64,000 bases of DNA. It comes from an uncultured cyanobacterium (GTDB taxonomy: Bacteria; Cyanobacteriota; Cyanobacteriia; Cyanobacteriales; Nostocaceae). Location of the stretch: contig OY970166.1 in NCBI GenBank assembly GCA_963706595.1, positions 224,001 to 288,000 of the forward strand, in the 5' to 3' direction. The notes under the pieces were generated by a model. It was not told the origin of the DNA, did not search any database, and saw only the letters and a program-made list of their open reading frames with translations. Shown in pieces: positions 48,298 through 59,597 of the stretch. How positions within the stretch are numbered: position 1 is the first letter of the stretch; each line of letters starts with the position of its first letter. Position numbers and translations under genes: made by a program.

Positions 48298-49860
48298 TTA
48301 GATGGTAAAAGATGCCATTTCGTAATTATGCCATTGCCTTTGATGCCATTCTGCGACTAAGGGACGGACGATGAATTTAGGATGGCGATCGCCTGTAACA
48401 TCTATGCGTAAACTAGAATAAGGTCGTCTTTTTTTAGAACCGTGACCATGACGACCGACATACAAGTGCGATCGCGCGACTATTTTACTGGTATCTTCCA
48501 CGGTTTCTTTTAAATCTGCGCCTTCGCTTCTTTGACGACGCAAACTATAGCCACTACCGCCACACACAACCCAGTGAATATTTGCATCGGCGTGTCCTGT
48601 ATCCAAAGTTTGCAGGTGTTCTAAGCAGTGCGCGTGACCATTTAAGACTAAATCTACCAGTGGTCGTCCCTGTGTCAAATCACCGACTTCTGCGGCGACT
48701 GCATCCAAGACACCACGCAAGCGATCGCGAACCGCTAAAGTCTGCGCTTGTTGCCATTTTGTCGTCTCAGTCACATAAGGCGGATGGTGAAAATAAAGGA
48801 TTCTTCCCCGTATATCTGCGGAATTCCAAGATTTAATCAGTCTTTGTTTTAACCACTCCAGTTGTTCGATATCAGTCACGGCGTTTTTATCCGTGTTTAA
48901 TTGCTTCTCGATATCAACAACCGATTCCTCAATTTGGGATATTTGACCCTGCAAATCATCCAGTTTCTCAGCTTCGCTGGGATTCTCCGGATTTAGCTGG
49001 GCTGAAGTTTCCATGATTTGCAGCTTTTCTTCCTCAAACTCCTGACGGCGTTTTTCTAAAACTCGGCGCTGTTCTCTACCTGCGTTTGTTTTCGGTATTG
49101 GTGCTGGTTCATTAAATGTATTGGAATCTAAAGCAAAAAAGTCAATCCCGCCGTAACAAAACGTATAATACCGATTTGGTAACCGGGTAAAATGCCCTGG
49201 TTGGTAATTCAGACAGCGGCCTGTATCTGTTTGAGCCGTATAGTAATTATCTAAGTGTTGGGCTAACTCACCGGGAAGCTGTAACGCTTTGAGATAGTCT
49301 AAAAACGCCTTTGCATAAGCGCTTCCCTTTCTAGAACCATGTAAGCCCACATCCAGGTCTAATTTCGACCGCAATAACCGCCGAAGGGGTAAAGTGGTGA
49401 AAGAAAGTAAACTTAAAATAATTGGTAAGTCATAGTAATCATGATTTCCCGGTACTGGTAAAATGGGTAGATTGAAAACCATCTGGTCGTAATCAATCTT
49501 TTCTGGATCTTCCCCACCCACAAGAAATTCTCTGTAAGGTCGGATAAAGTTCTGCTGATAATATTCACTCGATCCTACCAAATAGATGACATCACCTGTG
49601 TGCAGCATAAAACTACATTCCGGGTGATGAGGTAGCATTTGTTCTGCAACCTGTCGCTGTGGATTATGTCCTCGGTGACTACCAGTACCACTGTCACCCA
49701 CAACTAAAAAAGAAAAATCACCATCTTTAGCGTGATCATCCGCTAAAACTAGCCGAGTTTGGTCAATACCACGCTCTAAAATGAGCGGGTCTTGCCATTT
49801 TACCCTCTCCTGCATCTTGAGAATTTTTTTAGCGATCGCTGGATCAGAAACGAGTTTCAA
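48298..49860 (-). CDS. Calcineurin-like metallophosphoesterase, paralog of 18019-19590
   Basis: GDSG, HTGDVIY, PGNHD, HHPPY and NGHAH motifs. TTG start with AGGAG RBS. Confidence 0.88.
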   Translation of the reverse strand: MKLVSDPAIAKKILKMQERVKWQDPLILERGIDQTRLVLADDHAKDGDFSFLVVGDSGTGSHRGHNPQRQVAEQMLPHHPECSFMLHTGDVIYLVGSSEYYQQNFIRPYREFLVGGEDPEKIDYDQMVFNLPILPVPGNHDYYDLPIILSLLSFTTLPLRRLLRSKLDLDVGLHGSRKGSAYAKAFLDYLKALQLPGELAQHLDNYYTAQTDTGRCLNYQPGHFTRLPNRYYTFCYGGIDFFALDSNTFNEPAPIPKTNAGREQRRVLEKRRQEFEEEKLQIMETSAQLNPENPSEAEKLDDLQGQISQIEESVVDIEKQLNTDKNAVTDIEQLEWLKQRLIKSWNSADIRGRILYFHHPPYVTETTKWQQAQTLAVRDRLRGVLDAVAAEVGDLTQGRPLVDLVLNGHAHCLEHLQTLDTGHADANIHWVVCGGSGYSLRRQRSEGADLKETVEDTSKIVARSHLYVGRHGHGSKKRRPYSSLRIDVTGDRHPKFIVRPLVAEWHQRQWHNYEMASFTI

Positions 49861-49983
49861 TACAATTTACTCCTAAATCTGAATTCTTCCTTCTAGTACA
49901 GCACGGCGTAAATCAAACAACCATTTAAAATTCATCAGCTGTTGTGCTGTCAGAATTACGAATTACGAATTACGAACTACGAA

Positions 49984-50955
49984 TTAATCTTCTTCCAAGT
50001 CTTTCATCTCAATAGTCAAATTCGGAAGTCCCTCTAGTTTTTCCGCCGGATCAATTACTTGGTCAAAAGGCACAAAAATTTTCAAGCCTGCTGGTAGACA
50101 ATGAATTTCAATCGGAGTTGTACCAATCATTTCACCATCTAAAACCACCTTTTGAGGCGGTTCAGCCCTGATTTTAAATCGTTTTCCGCGCAGGTAGCCA
50201 ATATCGTCTCGCTCGGCGGCGCTACTGGTTGAAGCCGTTTGGAATAGATGAAGTGCAGCTGCGATCGCTCCAGCTTTACTTTCCGGAGCCACGATGGTTA
50301 TATCTAATAATCCATCATCATAAATAATCCCGGCTGGTCCCTGAGCCAAGACTGAACTAGGAGGAGCAGCATTTGCTACTGTTACAGCTGAGGCTGTCGT
50401 TGTAATGATTCTATCCTCAGTTTCAATTTCTACTTCAAAACTCTGTAAATTCCGCAGTTGTTGCACCCCGGCTAAAACATAAGCCATAATCCCAAAGCGT
50501 CTTTTTGCGTCCCGGTCTGCCAGTTCTACAGTTTCCGCTTCAAAACCAATACCTGCCAGTAGTACCATTGGCTTACCATTACAATAAGCTGCATCCACAT
50601 ATCGAGTTTGTCCCTGCAAGATTGTCATACAAGCAGCGTCAATGGTATCAGGTATTCTCAAGGCGGCGGCGAAAGCGTTGGCTGTTCCCCGTGAAATAAT
50701 CCCCAAAGGGATATCAGTATTGACTATAGCCATAGCCGCCGCCGACAAAGTACCATCTCCCCCGGAAGCAATAATCGCTTCTACACCCCGTTCTACAGCA
50801 GCTTGCGCCAGTTCATCAGCACCAACTTCTGGCGTTGTTTGATAAATATCTAAGTCAATTTCTGGCTCTAATAATGATCGAATCATTGCCAGTTCTACTT
50901 CTGGATCACCTTGACCCGCAACTGGATTAAAAATCAGGCAAGCGGAACGATTCAT
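49984..50955 (-). CDS. YegS/DAGK-family lipid kinase
   Basis: IFNPVAG, GGDGT, GTANAFA, DDGLLD and LDGE motifs. Confidence 0.9.
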   Translation of the reverse strand: MNRSACLIFNPVAGQGDPEVELAMIRSLLEPEIDLDIYQTTPEVGADELAQAAVERGVEAIIASGGDGTLSAAAMAIVNTDIPLGIISRGTANAFAAALRIPDTIDAACMTILQGQTRYVDAAYCNGKPMVLLAGIGFEAETVELADRDAKRRFGIMAYVLAGVQQLRNLQSFEVEIETEDRIITTTASAVTVANAAPPSSVLAQGPAGIIYDDGLLDITIVAPESKAGAIAAALHLFQTASTSSAAERDDIGYLRGKRFKIRAEPPQKVVLDGEMIGTTPIEIHCLPAGLKIFVPFDQVIDPAEKLEGLPNLTIEMKDLEED

Positions 50956-51030
50956 ACTAAATTTTTAATCAATAAGATCCCAGATTATTCGTAACTCTAT
51001 CGTAAAATTATCTGCTGAGTAAGTCCAAAG

Positions 51031-51048
51031 AATGTAAACAAATGTAAA
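51031..51048 (-). promoter_or_regulatory. HLR1 (RpaB-type) direct repeat
   Basis: Minus strand TTTACATT-TG-TTTACATT matches (G/T)TTACA(T/A)(T/A)-N2-(G/T)TTACA(T/A)(T/A). Confidence 0.55.
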
Positions 51049-51278
51049 AAAAACAATAATAAAGTTTACCTGAATTAGAGAATAACAATCCGGAGACTTA
51101 CCCTCTGAGGTAGTCTAGATAAGTGTCAATAATTCAGCCCTAAAGGTGCTGAACTTGTCAGAGGCAAATCTAATGTGTTTGACTAGTCTATTAAGACTAA
51201 TTTTAAACGCTTCGTGAATGAGTTGCCCGCATACCAAGTATTTCTATTAATTTATCGCCTGGTTTGACCTATTGTTTT

Positions 51279-52250
51279 ATGACTTCAGTTGTTTCCAGTC
51301 CTACTCGCACCATCCGCATTGGTTCTCGTAAAAGTCAACTCGCCCTAGTTCAGACCTACTGGGTACGAGACCAACTCCAGAAAAGTTTTCCTGATATATC
51401 TTTTGAAGTCCATACCATGTCTACTCAAGGCGACAATATCCTAGATGTAGCATTAGCCAAAATTGGCGATAAAGGACTATTTACGAAAGAATTGGAAGTG
51501 GGAATGCTGAATCAGGAAATTGATTTTGCAGTTCATTCTTTGAAGGACCTACCCACTAATTTACCATCTGGGTTAACTCTGGCAGTAATTACAGAACGAG
51601 AAAACCCAGCCGATGCCCTAGTGGTACATGAAAAGTATAAAGATAAACAAATTGAAACTCTGCCAGCAGGTGCAGTCATTGGCACATCTTCTTTAAGAAG
51701 ATTAGCGCAGTTACGTAATAAGTTTCCCCATTTTACTTTTAAAGATGTGCGGGGAAATTTAAATACACGCCTGAAGAAACTAGATTCAGGCGAATATGAT
51801 GCGCTGATTTTAGCAGCCGCAGGTTTAGAGCGCTTGGGAATGAGCGATCGCGTGCATCAAATTCTGCCGCCGGAAATTTCGCTCCACGCAGTCGGACAAG
51901 GGGCTTTAGGCATCGAATGCCGGGCTGATGACAAGGAAATCATCAACATCCTCAAAGCGATTGAACACAGCGAAACCCGCGATCGCTGTCTCGCCGAACG
52001 ATCATTTTTACGGATTCTCGAAGGTGGTTGTCAAGTCCCTATTGGTGTAAATACCGTAATAGACGGTGATAATTTAACCCTCAGTGGCATAGTTGCCAGC
52101 GTCGATGGTCAAAAACTTGTCAAAGACACCGTAACTGGTGCGGCGAAAGATGCCGAAAAGCTCGGAGCAGAACTAGCAGCACTCCTAAGAAAACAAGGCG
52201 CACAAGAAATCTTAGAAGAAATATTTACCGAGATTCAACGGGGTTCCTAA
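51279..52250 (+). CDS. hemC: Hydroxymethylbilane synthase (porphobilinogen deaminase)
   Basis: [31 protein letters not shown] and EGGCQVP motifs. Confidence 0.98.
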   Translation: MTSVVSSPTRTIRIGSRKSQLALVQTYWVRDQLQKSFPDISFEVHTMSTQGDNILDVALAKIGDKGLFTKELEVGMLNQEIDFAVHSLKDLPTNLPSGLTLAVITERENPADALVVHEKYKDKQIETLPAGAVIGTSSLRRLAQLRNKFPHFTFKDVRGNLNTRLKKLDSGEYDALILAAAGLERLGMSDRVHQILPPEISLHAVGQGALGIECRADDKEIINILKAIEHSETRDRCLAERSFLRILEGGCQVPIGVNTVIDGDNLTLSGIVASVDGQKLVKDTVTGAAKDAEKLGAELAALLRKQGAQEILEEIFTEIQRGS

Positions 52251-52297
52251 ATTGAGCAAGCCAATGTGATTAGATAAATAATCAGTAAACAGTAAAA

Positions 52298-52327
52298 AAC
52301 TGATAACTGATAACTGATAACTGATAA
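52298..52327. repeat. STRR heptamer tandem repeat (AACTGAT)n
   Basis: Four tandem heptamers upstream of glgA. A different STRR, (AATTACG)n, lies at 49953-49986. Confidence 0.85.
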
Positions 52328-52353
52328 GCAGAACCAGGGAAATAAAAACTACC

Positions 52354-53787
52354 ATGCGGATTCTATTCGTTGCAGCAGAAGCAGCTCCCGTTGCGAAAGT
52401 CGGAGGAATGGGGGATGTTGTGGGTGCATTGCCCAAAATTTTGAGAAAAATGGGGCATGATGTCCGCATCTTCTTACCTTATTACGGCTTCCTCCCAGAC
52501 AAAATGGAGATTCCTGAAACACCCATTTGGACGGGATCTGCCATGTTCCAGAATTTTGACGTTTACGAAAGCGTTTTACCTGGTACTGATGTTCCCTTGT
52601 ACTTATTTGGACATCCTGCCTTTTTACCCCGTCGGATTTATGGAGGTGAGAGTGAAGACTGGCGGTTCACTTTCTTTGCCAATGGTGCAGCTGAATTTTG
52701 CTGGAACTACTGGAAACCAGAAATTATCCACTGTCACGATTGGCATACGGGGATGATTCCGGTGTGGATGCACCAAGACCCTGATATCAGCACTGTTTTT
52801 ACGATTCACAACTTGGCTTATCAAGGACCGTGGAGTTGGTATTTACAAAAAATTACTTGGTGTCCTTGGTATATGCAGGGACATAACACGATGGCGGCGG
52901 CGGTACAGTTTGCTGATCGGGTAAATACCGTTTCTCCCACTTATGCCGAACAAATCAAAACTCCTGCTTACGGTGAAACTCTAGAAGGTTTGCTGTCTTT
53001 CATCAGTGGTAAGTTATCGGGGATTATTAACGGCATAGACCTTGAGGTTTATGATCCTGGAAATGATAAAGCCCTGGCTCAAAGCTTTACTATCGATACC
53101 CTGGATAAACGCAAGGCGAACAAAATTGCTCTGCAAGAAGAAGTGGGTTTAGAAGTGAACAGCAAAGCCTTTTTAATTGGCATGGTGACACGCTTAGTAG
53201 AGCAAAAAGGCATTGATTTGCTGTTGCAAATGCTCGACCGCTTTATGGCTTATACAGATGCTCAATTCGTATTATTGGGAACAGGCGATCGCAACTACGA
53301 AACCCAAATGTGGCAGTTAGCATCCCGCTATCCCGGACGCATGGCAACTTATTTGCTGTATAACGATAGTTTGTCTCGCCGGATTTACGCTGGTGCTGAT
53401 ACCTTCTTAATGCCTAGCCGCTTTGAACCCTGCGGTATCAGTCAAATGATGTCTTTGCGTTATGGTTGTCCCCCCATTGTTCGCCGGACAGGTGGATTAG
53501 TTGACACTGTATCGCACCACGACCCCATGAACGCTGCCGGGACTGGTTATTGCTTTGACCGCTATGAACCACTAGACCTGTTTACCTGTATGATTCGGGC
53601 TTGGGAAGGTTTCCGTTTCCAACCTCAGTGGCAGGAATTACAAAAACGTGGTATGAGCCAGAACTTCAGTTGGTATGAATCAGCCAAGCAGTATGTAAAG
53701 TTATATAGATCGATTTTCGGCTTACCAGAAGAAGAAGAACAGCCACAACCTGAGTTAGTGATTACAGAAGCCGTCAGTAAATCCTGA
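52354..53787 (+). CDS. glgA: Glycogen synthase
   Basis: [30 protein letters not shown] and PSRFEPCG motifs. Confidence 0.97.
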   Translation: MRILFVAAEAAPVAKVGGMGDVVGALPKILRKMGHDVRIFLPYYGFLPDKMEIPETPIWTGSAMFQNFDVYESVLPGTDVPLYLFGHPAFLPRRIYGGESEDWRFTFFANGAAEFCWNYWKPEIIHCHDWHTGMIPVWMHQDPDISTVFTIHNLAYQGPWSWYLQKITWCPWYMQGHNTMAAAVQFADRVNTVSPTYAEQIKTPAYGETLEGLLSFISGKLSGIINGIDLEVYDPGNDKALAQSFTIDTLDKRKANKIALQEEVGLEVNSKAFLIGMVTRLVEQKGIDLLLQMLDRFMAYTDAQFVLLGTGDRNYETQMWQLASRYPGRMATYLLYNDSLSRRIYAGADTFLMPSRFEPCGISQMMSLRYGCPPIVRRTGGLVDTVSHHDPMNAAGTGYCFDRYEPLDLFTCMIRAWEGFRFQPQWQELQKRGMSQNFSWYESAKQYVKLYRSIFGLPEEEEQPQPELVITEAVSKS

Positions 53788-53816
53788 TTGTTCGAGATCA
53801 TGACATAATTTTCTTC

Positions 53817-53855
53817 ACTCATGAACCTGAATGTGCAGGTCATGAGTTTTTTTTT
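53817..53855 (+). terminator. Intrinsic terminator after glgA
   Basis: ACTCATGAACCTG-loop-CAGGTCATGAGT followed by a long T run. Confidence 0.75.
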
Positions 53856-54000
53856 CTCGTTTTTTAACGCAGAGGGGCGCGGAGGTTAGCGCAAAGGTAC
53901 GCTGAGGTTGAGGAAGTTGAAAAGTTGCCAATTTGACATATTTATTATCCCGATCTTACCTGTTGTATGTTGAAATAACACTTAATCAGAAAGTGTCTAA

Positions 54001-54876
54001 ATGATCATGTTTATGGCAAAAGTTAAGATTATTATTTATGGTCTGATTGCATTAATTAGTTTATTTATTACACTAAGTATCAATACTTCTGCTCTGACTC
54101 AATTAGCTCCAGTTCATATTTCGGTTCCATCTAGTCAGTTCATCTGGCCAACTCAAGGCTTTATGTCTCAAGGTTTCCGCAAATATCAACATGAAGGAAT
54201 TGATATCGCTGGGGCTGCTGGAACTCCGATTTTGGCGGCTGCATCCGGTACTGTTGTCAAAGCAGGTTGGGATAATTGGGGATTAGGCAATGCTATAGAA
54301 ATTAAACATCTTGATCAAAGTGTCACAGTTTATGGACATAATCGCCGTTTATGGGTGAGCAAGGGTCAAAAGGTCGAACAAGGTCAAATTATTGCCGAAA
54401 TGGGTTCTACAGGTAATAGTTCAGCCCCTCATCTGCACTTTGAAGTTTATCTCAATGGTAAGGTGGCAACTGACCCCATTCGCTTGTTAGCATCTGCAAC
54501 CACAGCAAAAAAACCACCGTCTCCGAATCAAGCAGTTTCGACACCCCCAACTGCACCGGAAGTTTCACCGTCGCAACTAATCCCCATAATTCTTTTACCT
54601 GTGAACTTTGAGAATGAATGCCGTGGTATCACAATTCTTAAAGGTGAAACGGCAAATAATGTGATCAAAATTTGTCAAGAAAATGCTCAGTTATTTTATA
54701 TTGGGCAGTTAAAGCAAAATTTAAGTGAACCAATTAAGATCCCAGCTTGGAATATTGGCAAAGATAGATATCGAGCAGATAACGGCACTTATTCTTACTT
54801 AGTCAACGCTGAAAGTGTGGAAGTCTGGCGCAATGGTCTAGAAATTCGTACTGATATTTTTTCTACTTCCAATTGA
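54001..54876 (+). CDS. M23-family metallopeptidase with signal peptide
   Basis: HEGIDIA, VYGH and GSTGNSSAPHLHFE motifs. Start may be the downstream ATG. Confidence 0.9.
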   Translation: MIMFMAKVKIIIYGLIALISLFITLSINTSALTQLAPVHISVPSSQFIWPTQGFMSQGFRKYQHEGIDIAGAAGTPILAAASGTVVKAGWDNWGLGNAIEIKHLDQSVTVYGHNRRLWVSKGQKVEQGQIIAEMGSTGNSSAPHLHFEVYLNGKVATDPIRLLASATTAKKPPSPNQAVSTPPTAPEVSPSQLIPIILLPVNFENECRGITILKGETANNVIKICQENAQLFYIGQLKQNLSEPIKIPAWNIGKDRYRADNGTYSYLVNAESVEVWRNGLEIRTDIFSTSN

Positions 54877-55008
54877 TTGGAGAATTGAACTTCTTTTACC
54901 GCTTGAAATCAACTGATTTCTGTAATTTAACATACACTAAAATTAAATATAGAGTAAAATCTAGTCAATTCTTGGTAAATTCTCAAGTTATCGCATAAAG
55001 GGGGCATT

Positions 55009-55884
55009 ATGGACTATATGGCTTATTCTCATATCTCTATGGCCAATGAGGAAGGGAATGAAAACATTGAATATAATCTTCCTAATTTTCGGTTGGAGTG
55101 GAAAAAACTCTTTCAGCCTGGGGCGATAGTTGCAGCGAAAGCAGAACATCAGCCGAAATTGAAATTCCACTGGCTAAATTTTCTCAAGTCTTCTGCTTGG
55201 TTAGCTTTAGCTGGCATTAGTTTACTTTTTGCTACTGTCACCCACGCTCAGTCGGCTTCAACATCTTATGTAATCACTAACGGTAGTTGTCTACGTGTCC
55301 GCGAAGATGCCAACCTCAACTCCCGAATTGTGGACTGTCTTCCTAATCGTACCCAAATACAGACTACGGAAATTATCAATGGTTTCGCTCGGCTGTCCCC
55401 CAATAGATTCGTTTCTGCGAGATGGGTTGGCAGTACACCAAATAATCGCCCTGTCACAAGAATTACTCCTATCGGTACAGGTGGAACAGTTAATCTGAGT
55501 TTAGGATCTCGCAGTTCGGCGGTGACGGAAGTTCAAAGAGCTTTGGGTGTGCAACCAACTGGATATTATGGACCTACCACTACCCGCGTAGTCCGACAAT
55601 TTCAGGCGCGGAATAATTTACTTGTTGATGGTATTGTTGGCCCCCAAACTCGCAGTGCAATTTTTAGAAATGGCAACCAAAGTGGTACGGGTGGTCCAGT
55701 TATTCTGAGTTCGGGATCTCGTGGTTCGGCGGTGACGGAAGTTCAAAGAGCTTTAAATATCCAACCAACTGGGTATTATGGCCCTACTACTACTCGCATA
55801 GTCCGAGAATTTCAGGCGCGGAATCATTTACGCGTTGATGGCATTGTTGGACCCCAAACTCGCAGTGCAATTTTTAGAACTTAA
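55009..55884 (+). CDS. Peptidoglycan-binding protein (SH3b-like plus two PG_binding_1 domains)
   Basis: CLRVR...S.IV.CL segment, then two GSR.SAVTEVQRAL...TGYYGPTT....FQ...L.VDGIVGPQT repeats. Confidence 0.88.
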   Translation: MDYMAYSHISMANEEGNENIEYNLPNFRLEWKKLFQPGAIVAAKAEHQPKLKFHWLNFLKSSAWLALAGISLLFATVTHAQSASTSYVITNGSCLRVREDANLNSRIVDCLPNRTQIQTTEIINGFARLSPNRFVSARWVGSTPNNRPVTRITPIGTGGTVNLSLGSRSSAVTEVQRALGVQPTGYYGPTTTRVVRQFQARNNLLVDGIVGPQTRSAIFRNGNQSGTGGPVILSSGSRGSAVTEVQRALNIQPTGYYGPTTTRIVREFQARNHLRVDGIVGPQTRSAIFRT

Positions 55885-56987
55885 AAATAATTTTGCACAA
55901 TTTCTAAGATCCGTTCGGCTGCATGACCATCTCCATAAGGATTTATGGCGTTTGCCATTGCTTGATAGGCGTTGGGGTTACTGAGCAACTCACCCGCAGC
56001 TTGAACAATGTTTTGGGTTGTAGTTCCCACAAGTTTAGCTGTACCCGCAGTCACAGCCTCTGGCCTTTCTGTAGTATCTCTGAGAACCAATACTGGTTTT
56101 CCCAGGCTAGGGGCTTCTTCTTGCAAACCACCTGAATCAGTTAATAAGAAATGCGATCGCTCAATGGCTCCCACTAGTTCGCTATAATCTAACGGCTCAA
56201 TCAAAAAGATACGCGGATGATTTCCTAACAACGCCTGTAATGGTTGTCTGACTGTGGGGTTACGGTGTAATGGTAACAGTAAAGCTGTATCAGAAAACTT
56301 ATCTAATATCTGTAAAAATGCTTGAGCGATCGCTTGCAGTGGTTCTCCCCAATTTTCCCGCCGATGGACTGTGGCTAACAATGTGCGAGATGAATTCCAA
56401 TCTAACCCGGGTACATTACAGGCGGGTTTACTTGCAGCTACATTTAATAGTGCATCAATGACGGTGTTACCTGTGATGTGAATTTCTCCCAAAACCCCAG
56501 AACGTTGTAAGTTCTCCGCCGCCCAAGGCGTTGGCGCAAAATGTAACTGCGTCAGTTGAGAAATCAACCGCCGATTGGCTTCTTCTGGATAGGGATTAAA
56601 TAAGTCATCAGTTCTTAACCCCGCTTCTACATGACCAACAGGAATTTTTTGATAAAAAGCTGCCAAAGCTGCGGCAAAAGCTGTGGTAGTGTCTCCCTGG
56701 ACTATGACTAAATCCGGCTGACTTTTTTGGAATAATGCTTCTAATCCCTGTAAGCTGCGGCAAGTAATATCATTTAAACTTTGCTGAGGCTGCATAATTT
56801 CTAGATCATCATCAGCCTTGAGGTGGAACAACTGCATCACTTGCTCAACCATCTCCCGATGCTGTCCAGTTAAAATTACCTGTAAATCAAATTTGGGCGA
56901 CTGTTGAAATATTTGAATGACTGGAGCCAGTTTAATTGCTTCCGGTCGTGTCCCCAAAATAATGCAAATTTTCTTTTTAATAGTCAT
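55881..56987 (-). CDS. wecB: UDP-N-acetylglucosamine 2-epimerase (non-hydrolysing)
   Basis: GTRPEAIK, TGQH, QGDT, HVEAGLR, HRREN and TDSGGLQEE motifs. Confidence 0.97.
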   Translation of the reverse strand: MTIKKKICIILGTRPEAIKLAPVIQIFQQSPKFDLQVILTGQHREMVEQVMQLFHLKADDDLEIMQPQQSLNDITCRSLQGLEALFQKSQPDLVIVQGDTTTAFAAALAAFYQKIPVGHVEAGLRTDDLFNPYPEEANRRLISQLTQLHFAPTPWAAENLQRSGVLGEIHITGNTVIDALLNVAASKPACNVPGLDWNSSRTLLATVHRRENWGEPLQAIAQAFLQILDKFSDTALLLPLHRNPTVRQPLQALLGNHPRIFLIEPLDYSELVGAIERSHFLLTDSGGLQEEAPSLGKPVLVLRDTTERPEAVTAGTAKLVGTTTQNIVQAAGELLSNPNAYQAMANAINPYGDGHAAERILEIVQNYF

Positions 56988-57232
56988 TTCTTTTAAAAAT
57001 ATAAATACACAAAACTATGTAATAGGTCGATGTTGCTTGGCAAACTCTAAACCTGAGCGCTAAAGCACTCACTACAAACTATATTAATCCTATTTAATTA
57101 AGTTGGAAAAGTTGCCAATTTTAAAATCCCGGTATCTTGAAGATAGCGGGATTCTGATTACCAAAAATCAAAATATGAAAAAACCCGGCTTAACCGGGCA
57201 GATGCTCTGTTTGTCGGATGAAGCAGGATGAA

Positions 57233-57607
57233 CTATACCTCAATGTCACAAGTTAAAGGACAAGCAGCATATACAGAAGTCTGCATTTGTTCAGCTTCTC
57301 CATTTAACCAGCTCAACCACTTAACTTCGTTCGGGTGTATGCCCTTGAAAGTCAACACGCCAGCAGCGATCATTACTGCCAGAACGTTAAACATGATTAA
57401 ACCGCCTGAAACAAGCAAAACTGCACTAACAGGCATTACAGATTGCAACACAATTGACAACAAGCATCCGACCGTAGCCATTACAAAGACTAATGGAAAA
57501 CCGACAACCAGCAAGCACACTGCCAATGTGAAAGTCCAAATCAAAAAACTTTTGATCATCATCAAGGAGTAGGTCTTTCCTAGATTAGAGCTTTGAGCCG
57601 AAACCAT
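57233..57607 (-). CDS. Hypothetical membrane protein
   Basis: Hydrophobic ORF ending GIHP.EV.WL.WL...YAACPLTC. GGAGG RBS upstream and terminator-like hairpin at about 57177-57200. Confidence 0.7.
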   Translation of the reverse strand: MVSAQSSNLGKTYSLMMIKSFLIWTFTLAVCLLVVGFPLVFVMATVGCLLSIVLQSVMPVSAVLLVSGGLIMFNVLAVMIAAGVLTFKGIHPNEVKWLSWLNGEAEQMQTSVYAACPLTCDIEV

Positions 57608-58268
57608 GACTTTTCCTCCCAAAAATATACAGCAAGGTTTTTATCTCAGTCATATATCGCTTCTAACGAGTTAACTGAATCTTTCAATCGAAGTTTCAGT
57701 ATATAAAACCCTTTTCATAAAATGAGCATTTCTTTACTAAAGTTTACACTTGATTTTTTGTACCTGTGAATGTAACGTCAACTTCACATTTAATTTGCGA
57801 GCTAGTTTATGGCATCTATCTTTAGGGATAGAGGGTAATAGGGCGTTGCTCTACAAGTGCGTTTCCCACTCTAAAATTCAGATTTGCTTAACACTTCTTA
57901 TAAAAACTGCCCCCTATTCTCATAATTCTCATAAAAGTCTGAAAAATTTGTCTTTGTTAATCTTGCTATCTATTTATGTATGTGCTTGATACCAAAAAAT
58001 TTTATTCAGTAAATTTAGTGTAAAAATTTACTTGCAATTATAGCTATATATACTGTAGGACTTGAATGGACTTAGTGTGTTAAACAAGTCTATATGAGCA
58101 GAAATTGAAAATCTTATTTTGAGGCGAAAAAAATCCCAGTATGAAAAATATAATTTAACCCGATTGTGGGCTGGAAATTTTTAGTCCACTTGTCACGCCA
58201 TTCAGAGCAACCAACCACAAGAGATTTTCCCCTGATTTCAGTTGATAAATTCCACATTTTAAAGTTAT

Positions 58269-59535
58269 ATGACAGAATCACAGTTGCCAACAGATTCAAA
58301 TCCTGCTGCTTCCCGGAACGTGCCGCCAATGCCGCCCCCGCCGCCATCCTTCGTGACACAACGCCAGTCTACACAAACCTTGGATATGTCACCACATAGG
58401 AGTTCCAGCCATCGTCCAGGTAGTCCCCCACCGATGACTAATTCTCTAACTGTCAAAGCTAGCCCTAGCACTCCGTCGCTGACATTAGCGCAGATTATTA
58501 GAGAAGCCTATGATTTGGAATATTCTGATCTTCATTTGGGAGTAGGTGAAATCCCCCGTTTCCGCAACCGAGGAGAAATTCAGGTGACGGATTATCCAGA
58601 AACAGATTTAGAGACATTTATGAGTTGGCTGCGGGAGGTGTTGACAGAGGCAGAAATTAAGCATTTTCAAGAACATCTAGAATTTGATGGTGCAACTCAG
58701 TACGACTTTGCCCGCGTCAGGATTAATGTTTTTGGCTCCCTCAAAGGCTATGCAATGGTGCTGCGGTTAATTCCCCTGAGAATCTTGTCTATGGAACAGT
58801 TGAGATTACCGACAATTCTTCGGGATATTTGCCACTACCACAAAGGGTTGATTTTAGTGACTGGGCCAACTGGTTCTGGTAAATCAACGACAATGGCGGC
58901 CATGATTGACTATATCAATAGAGAGATGGCGAAACATATCATCACTATTGAAGACCCGATTGAATTTGTCCACCAAAGCCGCAAATCCTTAGTCAAGCAA
59001 CGGGAAGTGGGAATGCACACCCGGAAATTTGACAACGCTTTAAAAGCAGCTTTACGTGAAGACCCAGATTTGATTCTGGTGGGGGAAATGCGCGATAAAG
59101 AAACAGTCAATACTGCCCTGAAAGCGGCTCAAACTGGTCACTTGGTCATGGGAACCCTACACACCAATAGTGCGGTGAAAACTATTGAGCGGATTCTCAA
59201 TCTTTACTCAGGCGAAGAACAAGATCCCATAAGGGTGGCAATTTCTGAGTCTTTAGTGGCAGTCATTGCTCAAGGTTTGTGCCGCACCACGGATAATAAA
59301 CGGGCAGCATTCCACGACATCCTGATCAATACTGAGGCGATCAAAGAATGGATCAAAGATGGTAAGTATGATGAAATTACTGAGTCTGATGAAGCAAGCC
59401 GGCTTTGACGGAATGATTACGATGAATCAGTCTTTGCTTAATCTCTACCACGAAGGTCGGATTACAGAAGAAACGGCTTTGGAAATGTCGCCAACTCCTA
59501 ACGAAATGGCACAGTTTCTTCGAGGACGAGTTTAG
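58269..59535 (+). CDS. pilT: Type IV pilus retraction ATPase, PilT2-type with Pro-rich N-terminus, +1 frameshift near 59384
   Basis: GPTGSGKST, TIEDP, LREDPD, GEMRD and TGHLV.GTLH motifs. A shifted frame gives LMKQAGFDGMITMNQSL...FLRGRV*. Confidence 0.92.
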
Positions 59536-59597
59536 GTACAATAGGGGGTAAAAACCGATTTTTTTAACTTTTATTTTCCCTCAACCCTGTAACTGCC

